IMG/VR virus record: IMGVR_UViG_3300019458_000022
Strand: one strand, 5' to 3'
Origin: a virus
DNA: 62,812 bases
Shown: positions 1 through 8,714 of the stretch, one piece after another
Layout: every line of letters begins with the position of its first letter
How positions within the stretch are numbered: position 1 is the stretch's first letter
Notes under the pieces: generated by a model
Database searches by the model: none
What the model was told of the DNA's origin: nothing
What the model saw: only the letters and a program-made list of their open reading frames with translations
Translations under genes and position numbers: made by a program

Positions 1-17
1 AAAGGAGGTCACTTGAC

Positions 18-628
18 GTCGCAGGCTCTCAACCCCTGCGCCGGTATTGACACCACAGGGACAATTTCCTCGTGCGGACGGTGCTCGTAGTCGCGAGCAC
101 GAAGCCCCCGCGCTGGCATTGCTGCCGGACCCAGCCGCCCGCCGCTCACGGCACCCGAGATGTCGCGAGCACGAAGCCCCCGCGCTGGCATTGCTCCGAG
201 GGGATGCTGATCGGCAAGTTCCCGGGCCCGAAGTCGCGAGCACGAAGCCCCCGCGCTGGCATTGCTCCCAGGGCAGAGGAACGGCATGTGGTGCGACCTG
301 CCCGTCGCGAGCACGAAGCCCCCGCGCTGGCATTGCTCCCCGGGTGATCGCGGTGAGGTACCACTAGGCGAACTGGTCGCGAGCACGAAGCCCCCGCGCT
401 GGCATTGCTCCCGGACCATCCGAGGACCGACCCCCGCGGCCATGCCATGTCGCGAGCACGAAGCCCCCGCGCTGGCATTGCTCCTGATTCGCCTCCGGAA
501 CTTCGAAGTGCGAACCGGCCTGTCGCGAGCACGAAGCCCCCGCGCTGGCATTGCTCCTAACCGTCGACGAGATTCAGGATCGGCCGAGTAATGTCGCGAG
601 CACGAAGCCCCCGCGCTGGCATTGCTCC
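18..628 (-). CRISPR. CRISPR array: 8 copies of a 36-bp repeat plus 1 divergent trailer repeat, with 8 spacers of 35-37 bp
   Basis: Repeat GTCGCGAGCACGAAGCCCCCGCGCTGGCATTGCTCC at 90 (1 mismatch), 162, 233, 304, 376, 449, 522 and 593. Divergent copy at 18-53 (24/36 identical). The minus-strand form ends in GCGAC, as type V repeats often do. The leader lies on the cas12 side. Confidence 0.97.
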
Positions 629-805
629 TGCTCCTACGAATCCATCTGAGCGAGAAGCATTTATTGAGCGGATTGCGAGCGCCGTCCTTTTCACGCGGCT
701 TTCTGCCCGATTGTCAAAGACCCAAACGTCCCGTAACTGCCTGGCTGTCAACGACCGCGAGCATCCCGTCGCACAACCTGGATCACCGGGGTGCTCGCGG
801 CTCGA
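629..805 (-). promoter_or_regulatory. CRISPR leader containing a 14-bp inverted repeat (755-768 / 787-800)
   Basis: Non-coding gap between the cas12 stop and the first repeat. CCGCGAGCATCCCG...CGGGGTGCTCGCGG, 13/14 complementary. Confidence 0.75.
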
Positions 806-2506
806 TCACGCCCCGATGTTCGTGGCCGCGTTGTCGTCCTGATCCCATTCGGTTCCGCAGGCGGTGCAACGATGCCTGAGGATCTTGCGGTTCCAGGTCT
901 GGATCGACCCGCAGGCGTGGCACTTTGCCGTCGTATTCTTCGCATTGACGAGCACGGTCTCGGCCATGCCCTCCTTGATGCACTTGAGGAGTTCCGAGAG
1001 GCATGCATCGCGGACGTGCTCCTTCAAGGCACCGTCCTTCGGCTCCTGCTCGGCCTCCGGCGTCTCGTGGAAGTCCCGGAGATCCAGCTTCTCGACCCTC
1101 GCCGTGTGGTAGGCCCGCCGCCTCTCCGCGATGAAGTTCCTGAAGATGTCGGTGCGGCGGTTCTGAAGCTGGTCGCGCAGGTTCGACTGGTACTCGCAGA
1201 GGTGCCGATCGTGCTTGCGCCACTCCTCCAGGGTCTTGAAGATCTCGTCGTCTCCCTGGAAGCGGGCATCGCGCCAGCGGATGACGAGCCGGGCAAGCCT
1301 GGCCTGCGACTTCCACTGGGCGACCGTCCTGGCGGCTTCACGGAGCCAGTCGGGCAGGTTCTTCTGGTTCTTGAACCACTCGACGAAATCGGCGCGCATC
1401 TTGTTCATGTTCTTGTCGCGGATCGACTGGATGTCCTCGGTCTTCCTCATCCCCGACATCCAGTGGCCGGGCAGCGCGAGTTCGCCTTCGTTGCCGTCGC
1501 TCCCTTTCCAGTAGGCGACCCGCATCGAGCCGTCCTTGCGCCGCGTCTTGCCGTCGTCCCCGGTCACGCGCCAGCCCACGTCGATCGAGACCGTTCCCTC
1601 GGCCGCGCAGTCCGGCTTGTTCCATCCGATGGCCCTGGAAAGCACGAACTGGACCCGCCATTCGCAGTGCGTGCCGATCCGGCGGCGGACCAGATGCACC
1701 CACTTGATCTTGGCGTCCCAGGGAATGGGACGGTGAAGGACGATGGGAATGACGGCGAAGACGGGCGCGCCGCTTTCGTCGCTTCCGACGCGGAAACGGA
1801 CGCGCGTCCGGAGCCTCGCGGCCTTGCTCAGGCGCGGACCGATGAAGTCCGGGGGTTCCTCGATGGGCAGCGGGTCGATCTGGATTCGCCTATCCCGTCC
1901 GGCAAACGCCTCCTCCGGCGAAATCCCGTGCTGCACCTGGACGGCCAGGTGTCCGCCGCCGTCGCGACGCGAGAATTGGGGCGGCGGACCGCTCCTGTCC
2001 ACCGTGGTCCCGATGAAAAGGCGCGTTCCCCAGTAGAGCCCCATCCGGCCGATCGTGGCGTAGAGCCGCTTCTTCTTTTCCTCCGCGCGGCCGTCGATCT
2101 CGGCGCCGATAGGCTCCCAGGCTTCCGACGCGAATAGCTCCGTTCGGATGGCCTTCCGTTCCTTGCAGAGCCGCTTCAGTTCCGTAGCCGAGGCGCCCGC
2201 GCGCTTGGCGGCCTCGGCCGGGATTACCTTTGTTCGGGCGAACGCGCTCACCTGGTTGATCGTGTTCCTGGCGTGGTTCAGTTCGGCGTTCGTCGCCGTG
2301 ATCGCCGCCTCGATCCTCACAAGGTCGGGCGACATCCTGCAAAGCGCGGCGTCGGTCTTTCTCCGCCGGTCGCGTTCGACCGCCACGAGCGCATTCCGGT
2401 ACCGGCGCGCGAGTTCCATCTGCTGGTCCACGAACTCCGCCGCTTCGACCGGGGGTTTTGCGCCGTAGGAGTAGAATCGGGAGGGCAGGCTGTCATTCCC
2501 AAACAT
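806..2506 (-). CDS. cas12m: Type V-M (V-U1/C2c4) Cas12m-like effector, about 566 aa
   Basis: Adjacent to the array. Cas12m-type motifs GLYWG, RRDGGGHLAVQVQ, LHRPIP, AQWKS. RuvC-I SIDVGWR, RuvC-II VEKLDL, CxxC-CxxC zinc finger, RuvC-III DQDDNAATNI. SD AAGAGGAG upstream of ATG 2506. Confidence 0.9.
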   Translation of the reverse strand: MFGNDSLPSRFYSYGAKPPVEAAEFVDQQMELARRYRNALVAVERDRRRKTDAALCRMSPDLVRIEAAITATNAELNHARNTINQVSAFARTKVIPAEAAKRAGASATELKRLCKERKAIRTELFASEAWEPIGAEIDGRAEEKKKRLYATIGRMGLYWGTRLFIGTTVDRSGPPPQFSRRDGGGHLAVQVQHGISPEEAFAGRDRRIQIDPLPIEEPPDFIGPRLSKAARLRTRVRFRVGSDESGAPVFAVIPIVLHRPIPWDAKIKWVHLVRRRIGTHCEWRVQFVLSRAIGWNKPDCAAEGTVSIDVGWRVTGDDGKTRRKDGSMRVAYWKGSDGNEGELALPGHWMSGMRKTEDIQSIRDKNMNKMRADFVEWFKNQKNLPDWLREAARTVAQWKSQARLARLVIRWRDARFQGDDEIFKTLEEWRKHDRHLCEYQSNLRDQLQNRRTDIFRNFIAERRRAYHTARVEKLDLRDFHETPEAEQEPKDGALKEHVRDACLSELLKCIKEGMAETVLVNAKNTTAKCHACGSIQTWNRKILRHRCTACGTEWDQDDNAATNIGA

Positions 2507-2545
2507 ACGTTCTCCTCTTCTTAGGCAAGACCCATGCCTGTGCAA

Positions 2546-2573
2546 ATGTTAACACTTGTGGACTCGGTGTCAA
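2546..2573 (-). promoter_or_regulatory. sigma70-type promoter of cas12m
   Basis: TTGACA-16 bp-TAACAT with an extended -10 TG. Confidence 0.7.
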
Positions 2574-2815
2574 GGGGATATTTGATCCTCGCGCTTTCCG
2601 GAGCGTCGGCATCCGAGCGCAGACTTGCGACGCTTTTCGCGCCTGATCCTTGCCCACTCCATCTTGGCCGCGAAGGCGATCCTCTGCATGTCCTCGGACG
2701 TGGGCGCGTCTACATCCTCCCCGATGTCGGCCGTGACGATATCGTGCATGACGAGACCGCCTGCTGCGTAGGTCGGCGGTTTCCAACCCACCGAGATGTA
2801 TCGTGCTTTGGTCAT
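2570..2815 (-). CDS. hypothetical protein
   Basis: ORF in an overlapping minus-strand chain. Confidence 0.55.
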   Translation of the reverse strand: MTKARYISVGWKPPTYAAGGLVMHDIVTADIGEDVDAPTSEDMQRIAFAAKMEWARIRREKRRKSALGCRRSGKREDQISP

Positions 2816-3069
2816 ACCTTCCGATCCTCCCCGGAGGGTTGGTCGAGCTTCGCGCTACGAATGTCCTCGACCAACTTCTTCATGGCGCCGACCGCTTTCG
2901 ACTTGCTGGCGTAGACCGGTTGCGTGCTCAGAAGATCGGAATGAAGCTGCCCGTCCCTGTAGAGGGATATCCAGCCGGTCCATTTGCCGCCGACCGGGCC
3001 GCCCGCGAGACACCTGATGTCGTTGTCCGGATTCTGGATCATCAGCGCCGTCAGCATGCTTATACCCAC
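2812..3069 (-). CDS. hypothetical protein
   Basis: ORF with SD GGAGGAG, overlaps the next gene. Confidence 0.6.
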   Translation of the reverse strand: MGISMLTALMIQNPDNDIRCLAGGPVGGKWTGWISLYRDGQLHSDLLSTQPVYASKSKAVGAMKKLVEDIRSAKLDQPSGEDRKV

Positions 3070-3135
3070 GCGATCTCCTCCCCAGGCTAGACGATAGAAA
3101 AGATCCAGTACCGATCGGAGTTCTCCGCGGAACGA

Positions 3136-3354
3136 TCAGGACTCGCTTTTCATCATCGACTTCATGGCCTCGTCCGCGATCCGGACCGCCTCGATCACGC
3201 GAGGCCAGCAGGCCGGGCACCAGATGTTCTTCCAGTGCCCGAGGCAGGCGTTGAGGTCGATGGAGACCTGCTTCTTTTCCCGCTGCACGATTACCTCATC
3301 CCCGCCCTTGTTCCACAGCGGCTCGAAACCCTGTTCCTTGAGGTCGCTCGTCAT
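3136..3354 (-). CDS. hypothetical small protein
   Basis: SD AAGGAG; CPAC motif. Confidence 0.6.
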   Translation of the reverse strand: MTSDLKEQGFEPLWNKGGDEVIVQREKKQVSIDLNACLGHWKNIWCPACWPRVIEAVRIADEAMKSMMKSES

Positions 3355-3364
3355 CGCATTCTCC

Positions 3365-3562
3365 TTACTTTGGCCGGATCTCGACGTAGTCCAGGCCGTT
3401 CACGGTCACGACCTTGGCTCTCGCCGGGATGAGGGCTCCGCATCGGGCGCACTTGAGAGTCCTGTTTGGATACATTAGGAGATCGAGACTCAGATTTGGG
3501 TCGTTCCGGTCGGCCAGCACCGGTTTGCACTTGTGGCCGAGGAAGAAGCATGCGACCTTCAT
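3365..3562 (-). CDS. small Cys/His-rich protein
   Basis: CxxLGH...CxRCG; ATGA-coupled. Confidence 0.5.
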   Translation of the reverse strand: MKVACFFLGHKCKPVLADRNDPNLSLDLLMYPNRTLKCARCGALIPARAKVVTVNGLDYVEIRPK

Positions 3563-3735
3563 GAGAAATCCCTTGCCTGACCGCTGTTGGGCCAGCAGAA
3601 CTCGCAAAGAGGTTCCTTGACGGGAGGGTCCTGGTTCGGCGCCCGATAGCAGTCGAAGTCGCACCGGAAGGGCTTGCCGCAGCCCCCGCAAATATGCTGA
3701 TGTGGTACCGGAAGCCGTTCCTGGACGGTGTTCAT
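3559..3735 (-). CDS. small Zn-binding protein
   Basis: CGGC, CDFDC, CEFC; ATGA-coupled. Confidence 0.5.
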   Translation of the reverse strand: MNTVQERLPVPHQHICGGCGKPFRCDFDCYRAPNQDPPVKEPLCEFCWPNSGQARDFS

Positions 3736-3977
3736 GAGGCGCGTTCCTTCCTTTTCCACTTCCAACCGCCGCCGCGGACCCGTTTCCAGCCGGTGCAGCC
3801 GCAGAACCGCCGGTAGCGGCACCGGGTCTTGACGAGGATCGCCGCGTGCGGACACGTCCGGACGATCTTGCTGTGGAAGGGTCCCCAATGGCCGCAGACG
3901 CACAGCGGGAGCCTGAGCCGCCTGTGCTGCTTCCGAGGCTTCGGCGGACTGCACCGGATGCAGTTGGGGTCCTTCAT
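3732..3977 (-). CDS. small basic Cys-rich protein
   Basis: CxCGHxxxxH...CGC; ATGA-coupled. Confidence 0.5.
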   Translation of the reverse strand: MKDPNCIRCSPPKPRKQHRRLRLPLCVCGHWGPFHSKIVRTCPHAAILVKTRCRYRRFCGCTGWKRVRGGGWKWKRKERAS

Positions 3978-4200
3978 GAGGGACGGTGCTCTTCTCGGCG
4001 ACGAGTTGCCCTTCGCATAAATGGTGTAGGCGCGCTCCACCTGCGGAGCACCCACTCGGAGCAGCTTGGACAGGTGCGCTCATGATCGGAAAACGGTTTC
4101 CGTGATTCCTCCAGCCGGGCTGCCTTATCGTATTTCTTCCCGTATAATTTCCCGAAACCGCTGCGGAACTGTTCGCAGGTCATGCATATTTCCTGACAAG

Positions 4201-5175
4201 TTAGCTCTTCCAGCCTAATTTCTCACGGATCTTGTCGTAATAATCATCTGAAAGAGGGAAGAAATGATCCGAATGGAAGAATTGATCTCCCGAGTTGATG
4301 AGTTCGATGTGTCGTATAACGCCATCATCCAGGGCATATCCGTCCTGAAGGGCTCCCATAAACCGCTGGGTATCAATTGAGGTCTCTTTGCAGCCCTTGT
4401 CTCGCAACAGTTCGATGTGAATCACAACGTCTGCTCCGTGGACTCGGTCATACCATGCGCCCCGGAGCATGATGATTTCTTTGTTCTGATCCAGTTGCTG
4501 CTGTTGATTCTCTATGGTCTTCACGACATCGAGCAAATGGGACGCATCTTCAAAGACCACGGGTCCGCTCCGTGTTGCGAGCAAAATATGATGCCGACCG
4601 ATTCGAGCGATTCCTTGAGAAGGAAGGTAATGGGGAACAAAGATGACGTCGTTGACGGACAAAGGATGAGGAATATCTTCTGAATCTACTTCGCCCTGAC
4701 GATCAGCGCTCCCGTTCAGATTCGATGGCGATTCTTGTGATTCGACCGGGAAGCGATATCCCCCGTGGTGGCAGGCGAGGCCAATCTGAATAGGTTCCTT
4801 TTCGTTCGGCGCATAGAGTTCCATACCTACCCAGAAGTGATAATTGCTCCAGTCCGATTCGGCCATGCCGTGATGATTCACAGCCACAATCACATCAGCC
4901 GTCCATCCAATGGCGATAGCCTGTTTTGTAATCGTGAAAAGACTGTCAGGCGAGCCCGCACCGCCGGTCTCAAATCCCCTCAGAAGGCCGACCCCGACTT
5001 TGTAGGAAAGATCTCCGCAGAGGTATTTCACGAATCGAAGGATCTCGCTCCGTAGGCATTCGTTTCCTGATAATTTGTGTCGTTCGGCATGCGCCGGGTC
5101 GCAAGGGGACTCCAGGCACTCGTATGCCGTGATGCGCTTGTCGTGTTGCATCTTCCGTCGTCCAGGCATCATCAT
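4201..5175 (-). CDS. hypothetical protein in a lower-GC segment
   Basis: 324-aa ORF; visibly more AT-rich than its flanks. Confidence 0.7.
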   Translation of the reverse strand: MMMPGRRKMQHDKRITAYECLESPCDPAHAERHKLSGNECLRSEILRFVKYLCGDLSYKVGVGLLRGFETGGAGSPDSLFTITKQAIAIGWTADVIVAVNHHGMAESDWSNYHFWVGMELYAPNEKEPIQIGLACHHGGYRFPVESQESPSNLNGSADRQGEVDSEDIPHPLSVNDVIFVPHYLPSQGIARIGRHHILLATRSGPVVFEDASHLLDVVKTIENQQQQLDQNKEIIMLRGAWYDRVHGADVVIHIELLRDKGCKETSIDTQRFMGALQDGYALDDGVIRHIELINSGDQFFHSDHFFPLSDDYYDKIREKLGWKS

Positions 5176-5408
5176 TCTCCGAATCTAACTCTGCCGATTA
5201 GTTCGATTTCATTTGGATCGTAGATTCCTTTGGTCCCATTACCAAACCGGACCTCATAGTCCGATCCTCTTTTCGGCTTGCCGGGGTTGCATAGGCGGCA
5301 GTTCGGGTCCTTCGTTGGCCGGATTTCATCGGGAGGACGTAAAGCTCCTCCGGATCGTAGGTCCCCGTGGTCCCGTCATCGAACCGGATGTCATAGCATT
5401 TCGTCATG

Positions 5409-5744
5409 CTACGACATCTCTTCGATGGTTTTCGGAACCTTGACGACAATCTGGTCCGTGTCCTCGCCATGCTGAGGTGAGCCCCACGTTTTGTTCCACA
5501 GGAGCCAAACAAGGTATTGATGGAGGTCTTCCGAGCCTTGGTCTGCTCTACCTTCGTTTCGGAGCACCAAATCGCATTCCTTGTGCAGGACGCGGATAGG
5601 AAGATGCTTGTCTCCGCCCAGTGGCAATACCGGACTGGTTACGTTTGCAAGCTTCCAATCCTCGATTGGCTCATTACAGTGGTCACAGAAGATTTCTGGA
5701 CGATAGCGGCCATCACGGTTAATCATGCAGAAGCCCATCACCAC
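5409..5744 (-). CDS. hypothetical Zn-finger-like protein
   Basis: CDHC...HKEC; SD GGAGGAGG. Confidence 0.6.
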   Translation of the reverse strand: MVMGFCMINRDGRYRPEIFCDHCNEPIEDWKLANVTSPVLPLGGDKHLPIRVLHKECDLVLRNEGRADQGSEDLHQYLVWLLWNKTWGSPQHGEDTDQIVVKVPKTIEEMS

Positions 5745-5765
5745 ACCTCCTCCGAAGCTAACCCC

Positions 5766-6608
5766 TTAGAGGATCGGTTTACCAATTACACGCTGTCGTA
5801 CATGAAACCTGACAAGGCGCTGGAACTGATCCGGGTTGGTCCGCGCAAGCTCGGAGACCGCTGGCATTCGGAGCAGCTTCTCCTCGATCTCGGCCTTATG
5901 CTGTTCGGCCAGGGGAGGGAGATCGCCGCCGGTCTCCCAGTCCTTTACCTCTGGAAGCGACGCCAGTTCGCGGTCAATGGCATTCAGGATCTCCGCGGCC
6001 GAGTCCCTCAATGCGCCCATCGTTTCGACGAGCCCGAAGACCGACCTGCTATTCAAGGCCGAAATGACCGCTCGTAAGACTTCCGCATCCATCGAACCGA
6101 AAACGGCCGAGCCGGAAAGCGACTGTACGGCCGCTCGATAGCCCCGGTCGTAGGCGTCCTTGGCCTTCTGGTCGTCCGGGAAATGGTTCCGGAGGTTGCC
6201 GATAAGCTTCGCCGCCAGACCGCGGCCGATCTTGTCCCTGGTCGTGAGCCGGGACGCCTGGACGACCTTTTCAAGCTTCCGGTCCTGATGGGCAACAAAA
6301 AGCCCCCATCCGGACGGAAGGTCGTTCCATTTGACCACGTTCTCGGCCGCGACCACGTAAAAGTAGTCGCAGAATCCGGCGGTCACAAAGCTCTTCCCGG
6401 GATCTCGGAGTTCGACGAGCCAATCCGGGCGCGTCCTTTTGATCTCGAACCCGATGATCTCCAGGTCGTCCACGAAACGCAGGGCCAGGGCGTCCGGTTC
6501 GACGCCTTCATCCCGGAGAACGGGATGGTCGAGGACGCAGTAGCCCTCGAACTCGCCCTCGATGAGGGCGAGGATCTCGCTCTCGCTAAGAAGCGGCGTC
6601 GCCATCAT
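5766..6608 (-). CDS. MmcB-like PD-(D/E)XK nuclease-domain protein
   Basis: PDALA...GFEIKRTRPDWLVEL.DP.K...CDYFYVV...LPSGWGL. Confidence 0.75.
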   Translation of the reverse strand: MMATPLLSESEILALIEGEFEGYCVLDHPVLRDEGVEPDALALRFVDDLEIIGFEIKRTRPDWLVELRDPGKSFVTAGFCDYFYVVAAENVVKWNDLPSGWGLFVAHQDRKLEKVVQASRLTTRDKIGRGLAAKLIGNLRNHFPDDQKAKDAYDRGYRAAVQSLSGSAVFGSMDAEVLRAVISALNSRSVFGLVETMGALRDSAAEILNAIDRELASLPEVKDWETGGDLPPLAEQHKAEIEEKLLRMPAVSELARTNPDQFQRLVRFHVRQRVIGKPIL

Positions 6609-7056
6609 CGGCGTCCGGTTTCCGGACGATGGTGGGCTTGGAGACATTGCTCTTCCTCTGCTCCTTGATGAACTCCAGGTCGTCTTTTCGCCCGTCCACG
6701 TAGTCCTCGCCCGTCCGCGTGATCCGGTAGAGCCGGGGCTTGGGCCCCTTGACCTTGGCGCCCTGGATCGCCGCGAGCAGCTTGAGCAGCTTCTCGGCAT
6801 CCTCGCCGTCGATGGCGTGCCGGGTCTTGAGCGTCTCGACCTCCCTTTCGGTGAGGATCATGATCATGCCGCTTTTGAGGAGCTTCCGGAGGCGCTCGGA
6901 GACCTCGTGGGCGGGATCGCCGTAGGGGGCGAGGCACTTATGGAAGTGATCGAGGACGTCCCGGGAGGTGAAGGCCGACTGCTTGGCCGCCCACGCGAGG
7001 ATCTCGATGGTGTGCAGGCTGGCGGTCTCGTTGTAGAAGCCCGGCCGGTTGCCCAC
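6586..7056 (-). CDS. winged-helix DNA-binding protein (leaderless)
   Basis: VSERLRKLLKSGMI and RLYRITRTG wing motif; GTG 7 nt after the -10 box. Confidence 0.6.
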   Translation of the reverse strand: MGNRPGFYNETASLHTIEILAWAAKQSAFTSRDVLDHFHKCLAPYGDPAHEVSERLRKLLKSGMIMILTEREVETLKTRHAIDGEDAEKLLKLLAAIQGAKVKGPKPRLYRITRTGEDYVDGRKDDLEFIKEQRKSNVSKPTIVRKPDADDGDAAS

Positions 7057-7063
7057 GGAGAAA

Positions 7064-7092
7064 AGACTACCCGAAGGACCCGGCGATGTCAA
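7064..7092 (-). promoter_or_regulatory. sigma70 promoter
   Basis: TTGACA-17 bp-TAGTCT. Confidence 0.7.
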
Positions 7093-7152
7093 GCACTACC
7101 CCATACCTGTGGGGTATAATACCCCCCAATTGTGGGGAGTTTCGACTTGGGC

Positions 7153-7180
7153 ACTATCCTAAATAGCCATTTAAGTCACT
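7153..7180. other. putative dif-like tyrosine-recombinase site
   Basis: 11-6-11 layout ACTATCCTAAA-TAGCCA-TTTAAGTCACT with inverted TAAA/TTTA cores, 25 bp from the recombinase stop. Confidence 0.45.
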
Positions 7181-7204
7181 GGGCTTTCGGAGGATGCAGA
7201 GCCT

Positions 7205-8398
7205 CTACCGGCGCTTCGGAGGACGCGCTGGCTGGCCCGCGGGCGCGCTGGACGTGGGGGGACCTTCTCCCAATAGATCGGCCAGGGGATCGTCGTCCCT
7301 GGGCGCTTCCTGGCCATCCCCGAGGATCAGGCGCTCCAGGGCCTCCATGCCCTCGGTCGAGATCCGCTTCATCGACCCCAGGTAGATGTCGGTCGTGTTG
7401 AGGTTCTTGTGGCCGAGCTTCTCCTTGATCTTCTTCACGTCCATTCCCATCTGGTGGAGGGTCCGCGCGGCTAGATGCCGGATGCCGTGGACGTGGAGGT
7501 GGACCTCGGTCTCGTCTATCCCGGCCTGGCGCCCGCGGCTTTTGACCATCTGGTCGAGCGCCGAGGGCGCGAGCGGCCCTTCGCCGTCCCGGCGGTGGAG
7601 CCCCCGGGCCTGGACCAGGTACTTCCCGGCGTCGGTCGTGGCGACGAAAACCGGGCTCTCCCGGGTCATCTTCCGACCGCTCGCCTTCCAGTAGTCGAGG
7701 ATCGCCTCCCAGACGATCGACGTAAGCTCGACCTTCTGCTCGTCCCCGCCCTTCATGATGAATCGGATGTAGGGCTTCCCGCCGTCCCGGCTGAAGTCGG
7801 CGATCCGGAGGTTCATGATCTCCTTGCGGCGCCTGGTCGTGTAGAGGATGAGCCAGAGGATCGCGTAATCGCGCTTTCCGAGGAGGGTCTTACGGTCGCA
7901 GGTGTCGAGAATCTTTTTGAATTCGTCCTTGTTCATCTCCCGGAGGTCGCCCGACTTCTGGTAGGGCTGGATGGTCGGGAGGCGCTCCTTCACGGTCCGG
8001 AACGGGTTCGATTGGATGAGCGACTGGCCCTTGGTGTCCTTGGGCCGGGTCATAAAATCGAAGAAGGAACTGCATGCGGCAATGTAGTTGATGATCGTCC
8101 GGGGCTTCTTCCCCTCAGATTCGAGGTACGCGATGTAGGAGGTTATGTGGGTGGTTGTCACGTCCTGGGGCGACAGCACCGGCGGCTGGAGCCGCGCCAG
8201 GAAGTCGAAGAAGTCCCGGAGCGCGACCTCGTAGGTCGCCCAGGTCTGGGGTTTGCAGGTGGACTTGAAGTCGTAAAGGGCCATGGCCTCCGGCCGCGGG
8301 AAGAAGATCTCGGTGCTTCCCCGTGGGTCCCGGAGGACGAGCGTCAGTTTCTCCGGCTTGACCAGAGCCGGGAGGCTCGACGCCTTGTGAGGCTTCAC
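7205..8398 (-). CDS. XerC/D-like tyrosine recombinase
   Basis: SAM-like N-terminus; RDYAIL.LILYTTRR, HGIRH, LGHKNLNTTDIY catalytic motifs. Confidence 0.93.
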   Translation of the reverse strand: MKPHKASSLPALVKPEKLTLVLRDPRGSTEIFFPRPEAMALYDFKSTCKPQTWATYEVALRDFFDFLARLQPPVLSPQDVTTTHITSYIAYLESEGKKPRTIINYIAACSSFFDFMTRPKDTKGQSLIQSNPFRTVKERLPTIQPYQKSGDLREMNKDEFKKILDTCDRKTLLGKRDYAILWLILYTTRRRKEIMNLRIADFSRDGGKPYIRFIMKGGDEQKVELTSIVWEAILDYWKASGRKMTRESPVFVATTDAGKYLVQARGLHRRDGEGPLAPSALDQMVKSRGRQAGIDETEVHLHVHGIRHLAARTLHQMGMDVKKIKEKLGHKNLNTTDIYLGSMKRISTEGMEALERLILGDGQEAPRDDDPLADLLGEGPPTSSAPAGQPARPPKRR

Positions 8399-8462
8399 GG
8401 AGTCAATCTTACTGTGTTCCTCGGGCCAATGGAACTGGTGTCGGATGGGACCTATTTCACCC

Positions 8463-8682
8463 CTCCGGACCCAGGGTTGGAAGCGCTGGAAGCGCGGTTC
8501 CGGAGGATCTATGATCTACCCGTGGCGAAACGCGCGCCGTGCCTGGCCTATCACCGCGTCCGGAGCGGCCCCAAGGGCGTGCAGCCGACACTCCGGAAGG
8601 GCGCCAAGGTCTAACCGATCACTCGGTCCAACTCCTCCACCTGCCCCTCCAGGATCGTCTCGATGTCGCACCGCAGGGCCTT
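8463..8682. repeat. about 220-bp direct repeat, copy 1 (divergent promoter + leader peptide + 3' end of the 9251-9616 gene)
   Basis: Near-identical to 9103-9322. Confidence 0.92.
8522..8614 (+). CDS. 30-aa basic leaderless peptide (AKRAPCLAYHRVRSGPK...), copy 1
   Basis: GTG 6 nt after TATGAT; conserved in 3 copies. Confidence 0.5.
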   Translation: MAKRAPCLAYHRVRSGPKGVQPTLRKGAKV

Positions 8683-8714
8683 GGAAACGTCTGGCTGTTC
8701 GTCTACGATGGTCC

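Noticed and set aside
54-592. Self-targeting spacers within the window
   Set aside because: No convincing match found by eye (only 6-9 nt coincidences such as GTCAAG at promoters); this needs a proper alignment.
9-842. Repetitive ORFs (MPARGLRARD..., ASTKPPRWHC...) at the window start
   Set aside because: They are translations of the CRISPR repeats and leader, not proteins.
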